Made by a program: the position numbers and the translations under genes
Notes under the pieces: generated by a model
Database searches by the model: none
Seen by the model: only the letters and a program-made list of their open reading frames with translations
What the model was told of the DNA's origin: nothing
Shown here: positions 7,431 through 18,181 of the stretch, in pieces
Numbering within the stretch: position 1 is the stretch's first letter
How the letters are laid out: each line of letters begins with the position of its first letter
NCBI GenBank assembly: GCA_964545235.1
Contig: CAZJEZ010000003.1
Location: forward strand, 1-29,568
Reading direction: 5' to 3'
Length of the DNA: 29,568 bases
Origin: an uncultured Gammaproteobacteria bacterium
GTDB lineage: Bacteria; Patescibacteriota; Patescibacteriia; 2-12-FULL-60-25

Positions 7431-8129
7431 TCAGCCGGCGTCGGGGACCTTGGGGGCCTTCGGGGGGGCGACCCAGGTCTTGCCGGTGTGGAGGTCGTAG
7501 GGACCCTCCGCCTCGGCGACCGAGAGCGCCGACTTCTCCGTGAACAGGACGCGGACCTTGGCCTTCTTGGCCTCGGTGCCCACGTTCATGAAGTTCACGG
7601 TGAGGTCACCAGTCATGTCGTCGACCGTCGGGTTGACCCAGATCTTCACGCCCTGGGCCGAGGTGCCGCGGAAGGCCGCGAGGATCTCGGCGGCGTTGGC
7701 GACCGCCTCGCCCTCGCTCTCGAAGTCGAGCGTGAGGATGCGGCTGGGCTTGCCGTCGACCTGGACATCACGGAACGAGATGTCGACGAGTCGGCGGGAG
7801 AGCGTGATGCTCGTGACGAGGACGCCGGAGGTGATCGAGTCCTTGTCGACCGCGAGACGCCCGGCGTGATCGCGCCGACCATCGAAGGTGTGTTGCACCC
7901 CCGCGGCCTTGGCGGAGTCGAGGCGGGAGACCTCGGGCGCGAAGTCGCGGCTCGTCCGGTCCTGGATCGCGAACCGCTTGATGAGCGCGTTGACGAAGGG
8001 GTCGCTCGAGCGGAGCAGTACCCGGATGCGGCGGGCGCGGCTGACCACCACGGGGGTGGGGCGGGCCGGGGCGTCGAGGGTGGCGGGCGTGGGGGCGACG
8101 GGACGGGGGGCGGTGTCGATGGTGTTCAA
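7431..8129 (-). CDS. Orphan hypothetical protein (232 aa) with very high GC and a TTG start
   Basis: Nearly all third codon positions are G/C in this frame (acc atc gac acc gcc ccc...). AGGAG lies 6 nt before the TTG. It has its own promoter and terminator. I recognise no family. Confidence 0.8.
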   Translation of the reverse strand: MNTIDTAPRPVAPTPATLDAPARPTPVVVSRARRIRVLLRSSDPFVNALIKRFAIQDRTSRDFAPEVSRLDSAKAAGVQHTFDGRRDHAGRLAVDKDSITSGVLVTSITLSRRLVDISFRDVQVDGKPSRILTLDFESEGEAVANAAEILAAFRGTSAQGVKIWVNPTVDDMTGDLTVNFMNVGTEAKKAKVRVLFTEKSALSVAEAEGPYDLHTGKTWVAPPKAPKVPDAG

Positions 8130-8221
8130 GGTACTCTCCTGGTTTTCCGTGGCTTTTCAGGCCACTTGGGGGTTGACTGCGCTCGTTCGTTACTGGACCT
8201 GGTTCCAGCTTCGAATATAGT

Positions 8222-8250
8222 AGTATGCCACATTTTTGGCCTTTTGTCAA
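8222..8250 (-). promoter_or_regulatory. Sigma-70 promoter of the orphan gene: TTGACA-N17-CATACT with extended -10 TG
   Basis: Minus strand: TTGACA aaaggccaaaaatgtgg CATACT. Confidence 0.75.
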
Positions 8251-8261
8251 CCCAAGCATAA

Positions 8262-8287
8262 CAAAACACCCGAAACCGGGTGTTTTG
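8262..8287. terminator. Intrinsic terminator after groEL
   Basis: Perfect 11-bp inverted repeat CAAAACACCCG-aaac-CGGGTGTTTTG. Confidence 0.85.
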
Positions 8288-8299
8288 AGGCCTCTACTT

Positions 8300-10241
<1,942 letters not shown>

Positions 10242-10279
10242 ACAGAATCAAAAGAAAATGAATGAATGGTTGACCGATA

Positions 10280-10306
10280 TTAGCATTCTATGACAGAGAG
10301 TGCTAA
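10280..10306. promoter_or_regulatory. CIRCE operator (HrcA site) upstream of groES
   Basis: TTAGCATTC-tatgacaga-GAGTGCTAA, one mismatch to TTAGCACTC-N9-GAGTGCTAA. Confidence 0.93.
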
Positions 10307-11577
10307 TTCGTGTAGGGGTAGAATAACGACCGAGACCGTCCCGTGTCAAGCAAAAGAATCGTCACAGCTATTAGGCTCTGTCCACTCCACCACGACCACA
10401 AGGCATGATCAAAAAGCGAGAAGAATCCAAGAAGAAGGATCGCCCCAAAAACAGGAGGAGAAAGACCCTTGAAGACGGCCCGAAAACGATACAAGCACCA
10501 CAGAGAACACACGAGTCCAACAAGGCCAAATTCGACCACGGCAAGGAAAAAAAGATTGTGCGAAGGAATATACGGAGTGGCACGATCATGCGTATCCAGC
10601 CAAGGATGTTGCGCATACCACAAAGCCCCCGCTGCATTCGGACCACTCCCAAGCCAAGGACGCAACTGAAATAGCTCCCACCCCTGCGAAACAGCGACGA
10701 GCCGTTCTTGTGTGGAACGAACTTCTGCCGGAGCCGTGTGCACGAACCGAGGAAGAACCACCCACGAATAGACAAGGGACAGCGCGCCGCACACAGCACC
10801 AATAAGAACACCAATCCGCAGAACGTCACGTCTTACGCGAGAAAAACAGAGCGTAAGTAGCCCAATACCCAGGGCCAAGATAGAAGCTCGTGATTGCGTG
10901 AAAAAAAGTGGGACCGCAAACGCAAGAGCGCCGAAGGCAAAAAAGCGCGCACGCTGCTCCGTATACAAAAGAGCGCACACGTAGACACCCATCGCCAACC
11001 ACACGCCCGCAATGTTGGGATGCGGAAATGATCCGTATGCCCGAAGCCATCGACCGCGCGTCGTTTCAATAATCGACGCCCCCAAATCGCCAGGAAGATG
11101 CTTCGCGAGTCCAAACCATGAAAAGGCCGGTGCTTGTTGAAAAACCCACTGGACACAAGCCAAGATCGCCACCGGAATCAATGAAGCTAAAAACCACAAA
11201 CACACTTCCCGAGAAGAAATCTTTGTGTTTCGCATAGCCCAGACCCATCCGCCAAGAAGCGCGACCTGGACCATCCACTGCGCCGTAGCGACAACAGAAG
11301 CAGAACGAGACAGAAGAAGAGCTCCTACGGCAACAACAGCAAGAGCTCGCCAACCAGGCCGCCAAACCAATCGCATCCGGTACTCGTAGACACACCACCC
11401 CACCAGAACCAACAAAGGAATCCACGTCACATAGAACGACCACCGCCCCTGCTCCCACGGGAACCCGTTCAACCAACGTTCGTCCGCCACAAAACGCGTC
11501 TGCCAAGGCAATACGACCACGGAAACAAACGCTATCCACTTACGAATGGATTCCCAAGGAAGAACAAAGCAATTCAT
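10303..11577 (-). CDS. O-antigen ligase (WaaL/Wzy_C)-like polytopic membrane protein
   Basis: Many TM helices, RAYGSFPHPNIAG, FFTQSRAS, PWLGSGPN, PSHNLFFLAVVEFGLVGL. The start is uncertain. Confidence 0.85.
   Translation of the reverse strand: MNCFVLPWESIRKWIAFVSVVVLPWQTRFVADERWLNGFPWEQGRWSFYVTWIPLLVLVGWCVYEYRMRLVWRPGWRALAVVAVGALLLSRSASVVATAQWMVQVALLGGWVWAMRNTKISSREVCLWFLASLIPVAILACVQWVFQQAPAFSWFGLAKHLPGDLGASIIETTRGRWLRAYGSFPHPNIAGVWLAMGVYVCALLYTEQRARFFAFGALAFAVPLFFTQSRASILALGIGLLTLCFSRVRRDVLRIGVLIGAVCGALSLVYSWVVLPRFVHTAPAEVRSTQERLVAVSQGWELFQLRPWLGSGPNAAGALWYAQHPWLDTHDRATPYIPSHNLFFLAVVEFGLVGLVCSLWCLYRFRAVFKGLSPPVFGAILLLGFFSLFDHALWSWWSGQSLIAVTILLLDTGRSRSLFYPYTN
10320..10349 (-). promoter_or_regulatory. 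groESL sigma-70 promoter TTGACA-N18-TATTCT, embedded in the upstream CDS
   Basis: Minus strand: TTGACA cgggacggtctcggtcgt TATTCT, 13 nt before the CIRCE. Confidence 0.7.
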
Positions 11578-12439
11578 ACGTATCACGAAACGTAAGCCGA
11601 GCATCATCCACATGAAATTTGAGGACCGCGTCCGTCACAACAACAGATGTTGCGTGCACAAAGGAAAACGGCGGGAGATAACGACGCTGAAACCATCGTA
11701 CAAGGATCTCCACACCGGGTAGGCCTGGGAGCGCGCGCACTCCTCGACTCTTTGGCTGGTCCGGAATCGACTCCCACCTCGACGCGCAAGGTAACATAGA
11801 ACGAAGGCTCACATTCGCTTCCCAAAACACATAGCCAATACCATCATCATACAAGGGAATTAACGACCGAAACCAGTGTGCCATGTACACATCCCGCTCA
11901 ATCGTGAGGGGTGTAAGATCCAATGCTCTGTCTGTCACAAAAAAGGATAGGCACACGGCATCACGTTCCCCGCGACGATCCCCAGGACGAAGTCGTAACA
12001 ACAAAAATGGAATCGTTGCCCACAGCCGAGCTTGCCATAAAGCCCCGTGTCGAACGATACAAAAGAAATCAAGGTCACTCGTATCTGTCGCATTCAAGAA
12101 CCCAGTTGAATTACAGATAAACACCGCCCGCATCCCTGGAACGTGACGCAACCAACGCATCACCCATCGAAGCCGTCGCTGTTTGCGTGGAAGGACTGCA
12201 TCACAGGCAATAAGCTCTTCACTTGTATATACAAACGAAGAGCGGGTAACACGCCCCTGCTCCAACCGTACCAAGCCCTCATCCAAGAGAGCTTGGGCTT
12301 CTAGAATAAGAGCTGCATGATCGGGCACTTCTCCCCCCGTGTTCTGCCAAGATCCAATCCATTCGGTATAGGTTGGAACATGTCTAATAACTTCAAAAAA
12401 GAGGAGTGGTCGAAGGAGCCCTTCACGGACACGGTTCAT
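11540..12439 (-). CDS. Nucleotidyltransferase-fold (Pol beta superfamily-like) hypothetical protein
   Basis: VRAVFICNSTGFLNATDTSDLDFF resembles the hGS...DxD motif. ATGA overlap with the PRC-barrel gene supports the start at 12439. Confidence 0.65.
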   Translation of the reverse strand: MNRVREGLLRPLLFFEVIRHVPTYTEWIGSWQNTGGEVPDHAALILEAQALLDEGLVRLEQGRVTRSSFVYTSEELIACDAVLPRKQRRLRWVMRWLRHVPGMRAVFICNSTGFLNATDTSDLDFFCIVRHGALWQARLWATIPFLLLRLRPGDRRGERDAVCLSFFVTDRALDLTPLTIERDVYMAHWFRSLIPLYDDGIGYVFWEANVSLRSMLPCASRWESIPDQPKSRGVRALPGLPGVEILVRWFQRRYLPPFSFVHATSVVVTDAVLKFHVDDARLTFRDTYELLCSSLGIHS

Positions 12440-12711
12440 ACATCGCCCGGAACCACCGAAAACGATGGAGCGGGAGCCGGAACGCATCGATCCAATACAA
12501 GAACCCGTCGTGATTCAATCCGCACAATGTCTTCGTACTGAATAACAAGATGCTCACGAGTCAAACGCGCCGCGACTCCACTCGGTTGAACCACAATCGA
12601 CAGAAGTCGCCCATTCCCCTCATCACACGTAGCATCTACAACAGAACCAAGTCGTGTTCCGGACTCCGTAACAACGTGTGCACGCACGATATCTCGCACG
12701 AAAGAAAGCAT
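12436..12711 (-). CDS. PRC-barrel domain protein
   Basis: VVTESGTRLGSVVDATCD...LVIQYEDIVRIESRRVLV, 91 aa. Confidence 0.8.
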   Translation of the reverse strand: MLSFVRDIVRAHVVTESGTRLGSVVDATCDEGNGRLLSIVVQPSGVAARLTREHLVIQYEDIVRIESRRVLVLDRCVPAPAPSFSVVPGDV

Positions 12712-12726
12712 AGGTCATGAGAAAGG

Positions 12727-14358
12727 TTATGAAGAAGGTGACGACTCAATCACCTGACCACCAAACACCTGAAGAATATTTGTCGCGATATCTCGTTCTC
12801 GTTGTTCGGCTCGTTCCGCGTCTTCTCCAACAACCCCATCAAGCGTAAGTCCGGATAGACCGAGCACCTCTTGCATCGCCGTCTCAACCACTCGACGATG
12901 TTTTACATCCTTAATGATCTTGTCACGATGAAAGGGATATTGAAACCGAAGCATCACCACCGAACCGCGAACTTCTTCCGGACGACTGATTTTGAGAATG
13001 AACGGAAGCGAATGGTTCTTATCGTCTACCGCCTGAACAATAGACGCCCAGGACGCACGCACACGAGCCAGATCAACCAGAGGTGACGCTTGGCCGCCTT
13101 CTTGCGAGGATGCCGGGGCATCGACTGCGGGAATGGTTGCCGGAATCACTACCGAAGCATGCACCGGAGGAGTACGTACCGAGAGAGTGTCGGTAACAAC
13201 GGACGGGGCCCGTTCTGCCTCCGGACGCGGTTGCGATGAATGAGATGCTTGTACCTGCGATACACCACCCCCTCGCGCACTCATCGTCGCATGACGGAGA
13301 TACCCACAGGCCACCATCGTACTGGCAAGCTGTAACGCAAAAAGCGGATCCATCCCCTGCTTCATGTCGCGACGACGATCCATTAATAAAAGGGCAATAT
13401 CATGAAGCTCGCCCGGCTCAAACACGCCACGAACCGACGCAAGGCCTTCCCACTCATACGAAAGATCAGCTCCGATCAACAACCGACGAGTCGCTTCAAT
13501 CAAATCATCACAAAGCGTTATGCAGGAGACTCCGTCATCAAAGGCTTTTTGTAAAAAGGCAAGCGCATCTGCCTGCGAGCGCTTCGCCCACACGCAAAAG
13601 AGCTCGCAGGCAATTGGTTTTTGGCTTCGTGGAATAACAAGATCGGCGATTGTTTGCGTAATCGATCCCGTCGCATCTGTTAGCGATCCAAGCTGACCAA
13701 GGAGCGTTTCCGCATCACGTAAACAGCCTTCAGCACGCGAAATAATCACAGACACGACAGATACTTCAACAGTCCAACCTTGTTTCTTGCACAAATCGTG
13801 AAGGCGTTCGCTCATAACATCAGGAGCGATGCGCTTAAATTCAAAACGCTGGCAACGAGACAAAATGGTCGCTGGAATTTTATGCCACTCCGTCGTGGCT
13901 AAGATAAAAAAAGCATACGCGGGAGGCTCTTCAAGCGTCTTGAGAAGCGCATTCCAGGAACCATCGGACAATTTGTGCGCTTCGTCTAGAATATAGACCT
14001 TTGCTTTCCCCTGCATGGGAGAAAAACGCACGTGCTCAATAATGGACTCGCGGATGTTATCAACGCCCGTATGCGTTGCCGCGTCCATTTCCGTCACATC
14101 AATCAGTCGCCCCTCCTCAAACGCAACACAGTGCAGACATCTGCCACATGGCTCCCCATCAATAAGCTCAAGACAATTCAATGCCTGGGCAAAAATACGA
14201 GCCGTTGTTGTTTTTCCGACACCACGAGGACCGGAAAATACATAGGCATGCCCCGTTCGATTCGTTGCCAATTCACGCCGTAATGTTTCACTTACATGAA
14301 GCTGACCCGTTACGTCGGCGAACCGTTTCGGTCGATAGAGTTGGCTTAAAGAGGGCAT
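12727..14358 (-). CDS. dnaX: DNA polymerase III subunit gamma/tau
   Basis: YRPKRFADVTGQ, Walker A GPRGVGKTT, Zn-binding cysteines, ILDEAH, NALLKTLEEPP, SRCQRF. Low-complexity linker and C-terminal tau domain. Confidence 0.97.
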   Translation of the reverse strand: MPSLSQLYRPKRFADVTGQLHVSETLRRELATNRTGHAYVFSGPRGVGKTTTARIFAQALNCLELIDGEPCGRCLHCVAFEEGRLIDVTEMDAATHTGVDNIRESIIEHVRFSPMQGKAKVYILDEAHKLSDGSWNALLKTLEEPPAYAFFILATTEWHKIPATILSRCQRFEFKRIAPDVMSERLHDLCKKQGWTVEVSVVSVIISRAEGCLRDAETLLGQLGSLTDATGSITQTIADLVIPRSQKPIACELFCVWAKRSQADALAFLQKAFDDGVSCITLCDDLIEATRRLLIGADLSYEWEGLASVRGVFEPGELHDIALLLMDRRRDMKQGMDPLFALQLASTMVACGYLRHATMSARGGGVSQVQASHSSQPRPEAERAPSVVTDTLSVRTPPVHASVVIPATIPAVDAPASSQEGGQASPLVDLARVRASWASIVQAVDDKNHSLPFILKISRPEEVRGSVVMLRFQYPFHRDKIIKDVKHRRVVETAMQEVLGLSGLTLDGVVGEDAERAEQRERDIATNILQVFGGQVIESSPSS

Positions 14359-14428
14359 AGAACGCACGTACAATACCGCCCATGGAACAGGCGCACAAGG
14401 AGATGCCGAGGCATGTCCTGAAAGTCAC

Positions 14429-15013
14429 CTACTCCCCTTGTTTTAAGATGTTTTCAATAGCTGCCCATGTGGAAGGGGTACTTCGTGGCGTCAAAATGAC
14501 AGCTTCATCACCCGTTACGCCATCAAAAAAGGTGACCGAGGCGGTGAGCACTCTGTACGCTTGTCCTTGCGCCACCACTTTCCATTCTCCCGTATGCTCA
14601 TCTTCCACCAAGGACCCGATAAGCCGCTGCCGTTCAATCGGACCACGCTGCTTATAGACAAAACGCCCTCGGTCATCGATCGCCAATCGCAACAGATCAC
14701 CTTCAACAAGTTTCGACTTTGAAGCATAGTTTGGCGGGACTAAATACACACGACCATCTTCCCCAACCATATTCTGACCATCAAACACACCTTCAATCAC
14801 ACGACCCTCCTCCATCGGGCCAAGAAGCGTTTCTCCATCTTGCATGATTTCTGTGAGTTCTGCGCGTGCATCAACAGGACCCTCGCTTTCAATCATACGT
14901 TCAAGCGCATCGAGTTCACGACGCATCTGCGAGATCACACGGCGAACCAACGCCTGCTTTGTATCATTCGCTTGGAGACCTGGTCGTTCAATTGGAAAAG
15001 CTGCGTCGTCCAT
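14429..15013 (-). CDS. Hypothetical protein of a type I recall as conserved in CPR (EGVFDGQNM / VPPNYASKSKLVEGD)
   Basis: Clean ORF with TG-t-TATACT 7 nt upstream of the ATG. N-terminal coiled segment followed by a beta-rich region. Confidence 0.8.
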   Translation of the reverse strand: MDDAAFPIERPGLQANDTKQALVRRVISQMRRELDALERMIESEGPVDARAELTEIMQDGETLLGPMEEGRVIEGVFDGQNMVGEDGRVYLVPPNYASKSKLVEGDLLRLAIDDRGRFVYKQRGPIERQRLIGSLVEDEHTGEWKVVAQGQAYRVLTASVTFFDGVTGDEAVILTPRSTPSTWAAIENILKQGE

Positions 15014-15032
15014 TACCCAAAGTATAACACAC

Positions 15033-17594
15033 TTACAATAGATCGCTCATGTCGCCAAGAAGCGCGGAGGATTCTCGACGCTCATTTAATTCAGCTTCCA
15101 CGAGTTCACGCTTGCGACCAAATTTATAACGAGACAACTCATGAATCATGTTCGCGAGCTCTTTAGATTCTGGGCGCTTCGCCATCACGGGCTTCATATT
15201 GAAGGCGCGGGAAGCCGTGTTATCGATCAATAATTTAAGATTACACGTAAATGCTTCCACATTCACCAAGTCATATTCGCTAAACACAGGAGCGTATTCT
15301 TTGGCCAAGAATTCGGCGTCTTCCACACCGATACGGAACGAAACCATGGTACCCACGTTTCCAAAAATAGCATCGCGAATAGACGTGTCCTTGCTAGCTC
15401 CCTGGGTAAGCTGACCAATAAACTGGTGCGCAATGATCAGGTTCAACCCGTACTTACGCGCTTCAGACAAAATCGTGGTGATAGAATCCGTTAAGAAGTT
15501 TTGGAACTCATCGATATAAAGATAAAAATCTTTACGCTCTTCTGGAGGCATTTGCCCACGCTTGAGAGCAGCATCCAGCACCTTACCAACGACGATCATA
15601 CCAAGAAGATACGCATTCAGATCACCAATCTTTCCCTTTGATAACTTCACGAGAACGATTTTCTGGGAGTTCATGGCATCAAAAAAGTTAAAGGCGCTTT
15701 GTTGCTGACCGATGATCGGCCTCATGTAGTCGTTATAGATAAACGACGCAAGCTTCGAGGTGATGTATGGCACCATATTCGCCAAACTCGATTCACCACC
15801 TGCCTTCAAAGCTTCTTTTTGCCAGAAATCTTTCACTTCTTGCGACTGACATTTGGACAACTTAAACGAGCGATAATCTTCGTCCGCGAGGACGCGTGGA
15901 ATATCCATGAGCGTCATGCCGGATTCCGGATGCTCCATGAGTAACAGGATGGCATTACGCATGTACGTTTCAAACATAGGACCTCCTGTTGATTTGAGAT
16001 CGTACAGCTTGTCAAAAATCTTCAACATTTCGTTGATCACGAAGGTGCGTAACTGTGGGTAGCGCGGATCAAACTCCAACATGTTCAATCCGATAGGTCG
16101 CTCAAAGTCTGCTGGATCAAAGAAAATCACATCTTCTGCACGTTCTTTTGGAACATACTCCAAGCATTCATCCACCAAATCTCCATGTGGATCAATGACG
16201 CATACACCGTGACCAGCCTCGATATCTTGCTTAATAAGAGAGGCCTGAAACACCGACTTACCGGAACCAGATTTACCAATCACATACATGTGACGACGAC
16301 GATCCTGCTGCTTCATGCGCACTTCGTAGGCGTGATTACGATATTCCGAGATGCCAAGCTGAATGCCCTCTGTTGGCAAGTTTGATGGCGGAACCGCTTT
16401 ACGTGATAGAAGCCAGTTAATCTTAGGCGTCTCCGTACTCGGTAAGGGAAAATGAAACACGCTCGCCATCTCTTCCGCATTTAATAAGATCTCGTGTGCA
16501 TGATCGTAGGCACGAAAAATAAAGCGCTGAATAATTTTTTTACGAAACGCGGGCATGTCCTTCGCGAAACTATTGCCGTATTCGTAAATATTAAACTGCC
16601 CAAATGCGTTTAAAATATCATTTAAATAACGCTGGGCAGTTTCCGGCATCTGTGCCGACACGACCACGCGAATATTTACGTCTAAACCCGCCTTGGATGA
16701 TTTTTCTTCCAATCCTTTTACCATCTCCTCTTCAAGTGGCGATAAGCGATACGGCTCATTCGGCTTCTTCTCGGCTGACGCTGGGAACGAAAGGAGTTTA
16801 CCGAGCTCGCGTCCAACACTCCCAAAAATACCACCTTCAACGTCCGAGAGTTTTTTACCCTGCTGCATCTGCTTAGCGATACGCAACCCCTCATGCCGCC
16901 AATGACCCGGAGCACTTCGTACAATGAACTGGATAGCGGCCCCATCCCCCGACTCCACTTTTGCAAGCGCATTCGTGAGCGAGTTAATGGAATCCGATTC
17001 TAATTTCCGATAGGTCTTGATGGGAAAGTGGTGATCTCGACGTAATGTCACATAACTCCCCAAAATAACCCCATTAGGGGAAAAGATATTATAGTCAGGA
17101 ACTGTATCGATTTGTGCATTCGGATACTGCGCATGAATCTGTTCTTCAATAAAGGGCGCCTGTTTTTCTGGGACGGCTGCATAAAACGAAATCTTATCGT
17201 TCTTGATCACCATTTCAAAAGCAAAGTGATCCTGTCTTCCAAAAAGCCAAGAAAACACACCGTGCTGCGCCTTCAACCCACCAATCGTGGAGAACACGGT
17301 TTCCATGGCGCCAATCAACTCCTGAATCTGTTGCTGTGTTTTTTCTTGGGCTCCGTCCTCTTTTCGAAGCTCCTTCGGAACACGAACTAAGAGGATTTTC
17401 ATCCCAAATGCCGTCCGGATAACCCCTCGACGAAGAAAAAAGAAGCGAATCGCAAAGAAGATCCCCGTAAACACGAGAGCCGCCCCAAGAAATGCAAAAA
17501 ATAACTGAACAAATGGGTCCGAAAAAAATCCCTCCGAAAAAGATACGGGTATAGATTCCGTTTGGACAACATCGAACTGAAAGAGCGAGATCAT
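15033..17594 (-). CDS. VirD4/TraD-like type IV coupling protein (FtsK/HerA superfamily ATPase) with an N-terminal TM helix
   Basis: RRRHMYVIGKSGSGKS (Walker A), VCVIDPHGDL, FYLYIDEFQNF (Walker B), LSEARKYGLNLIIAHQ, IFGNVGT. Confidence 0.9.
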   Translation of the reverse strand: MISLFQFDVVQTESIPVSFSEGFFSDPFVQLFFAFLGAALVFTGIFFAIRFFFLRRGVIRTAFGMKILLVRVPKELRKEDGAQEKTQQQIQELIGAMETVFSTIGGLKAQHGVFSWLFGRQDHFAFEMVIKNDKISFYAAVPEKQAPFIEEQIHAQYPNAQIDTVPDYNIFSPNGVILGSYVTLRRDHHFPIKTYRKLESDSINSLTNALAKVESGDGAAIQFIVRSAPGHWRHEGLRIAKQMQQGKKLSDVEGGIFGSVGRELGKLLSFPASAEKKPNEPYRLSPLEEEMVKGLEEKSSKAGLDVNIRVVVSAQMPETAQRYLNDILNAFGQFNIYEYGNSFAKDMPAFRKKIIQRFIFRAYDHAHEILLNAEEMASVFHFPLPSTETPKINWLLSRKAVPPSNLPTEGIQLGISEYRNHAYEVRMKQQDRRRHMYVIGKSGSGKSVFQASLIKQDIEAGHGVCVIDPHGDLVDECLEYVPKERAEDVIFFDPADFERPIGLNMLEFDPRYPQLRTFVINEMLKIFDKLYDLKSTGGPMFETYMRNAILLLMEHPESGMTLMDIPRVLADEDYRSFKLSKCQSQEVKDFWQKEALKAGGESSLANMVPYITSKLASFIYNDYMRPIIGQQQSAFNFFDAMNSQKIVLVKLSKGKIGDLNAYLLGMIVVGKVLDAALKRGQMPPEERKDFYLYIDEFQNFLTDSITTILSEARKYGLNLIIAHQFIGQLTQGASKDTSIRDAIFGNVGTMVSFRIGVEDAEFLAKEYAPVFSEYDLVNVEAFTCNLKLLIDNTASRAFNMKPVMAKRPESKELANMIHELSRYKFGRKRELVEAELNERRESSALLGDMSDLL

Positions 17595-18142
17595 GTAGGT
17601 GGTTGTTCTGTCGTTGATTGATGGCGCAGCTCTTCCTGATACGCAAGGAGCTGGTCTGTCTTTATTTTTGCCTCCTGTTCAAGGAAAAATGCGTTCACCC
17701 CCGGGATTGTCTTAAGCCAAGCGCGGATCAAGAGGACCGCTCGCTGAACCTTGAGGTGAAAGGTTTTGATCATGCCCGTAATCTCCCGAGCTACTTCCTG
17801 GCCTTTTTGGCGAAACGGCGCCTGCGCTTCCTGCGGAAGATGTTGAAAATAGGCCTCAAGCCCTTCTTCAAGGATCTGTTCAACGTGAACGGTGACTTCA
17901 TCTTTTGCCGGCACCTGCGGAGCTGGTTGAGACGCGGGCACTGACTGCGCGGCTACAACCGGAGCTATTGCCGCTTCTTCTGTTTCTAAAAAACGATCAC
18001 GCGCCTCCTCTTGTTCAATCTGTTCAAGAGCCTGTTTGTCCTGTTCAACCGAAGAAAGCTCGCTAGGCGAAGCTGGCTTTATTTCTTGAGGCGCCTGTGG
18101 TTGTGGCGCCAGTTGTTCAGGAGTGAGAAAACCGTTACTCAT
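17591..18142 (-). CDS. Hypothetical protein with a Pro/Gln/Ala-rich N-terminus and a helical C-terminal domain (IPGVNAFFLEQEAKIKTD)
   Basis: ATGA overlap with the coupling-protein gene. TG-a-TATACT lies 8 nt upstream of the MSNGF start. Confidence 0.8.
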   Translation of the reverse strand: MSNGFLTPEQLAPQPQAPQEIKPASPSELSSVEQDKQALEQIEQEEARDRFLETEEAAIAPVVAAQSVPASQPAPQVPAKDEVTVHVEQILEEGLEAYFQHLPQEAQAPFRQKGQEVAREITGMIKTFHLKVQRAVLLIRAWLKTIPGVNAFFLEQEAKIKTDQLLAYQEELRHQSTTEQPPT

Positions 18143-18181
18143 GCATAACGAGTATATCACTTCCGAAGCAAAGCGAGGATG

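Noticed and set aside
7488-8261. 257-aa plus-strand ORF, plus overlapping ORFs at 7768-8349, 7646-7882, 7540-7869 and 7888-8220
   Set aside because: These are shadow ORFs caused by high GC. The third-position bias, Shine-Dalgarno site and promoter all support the minus-strand 7431-8129 frame.
10371-11539. Several alternative-frame ORFs within the O-antigen-ligase-like gene, and purine-rich runs on the plus strand
   Set aside because: They reflect the reverse complement of Phe/Leu/Val-rich TM-helix codons and are not a repeat element.
13540-13570. A-rich run in dnaX (TTA CAA AAA GCC) as a possible gamma/tau frameshift site
   Set aside because: It is not the A AAA AAG heptamer or a long A tract, and I saw no supporting stimulatory signals.
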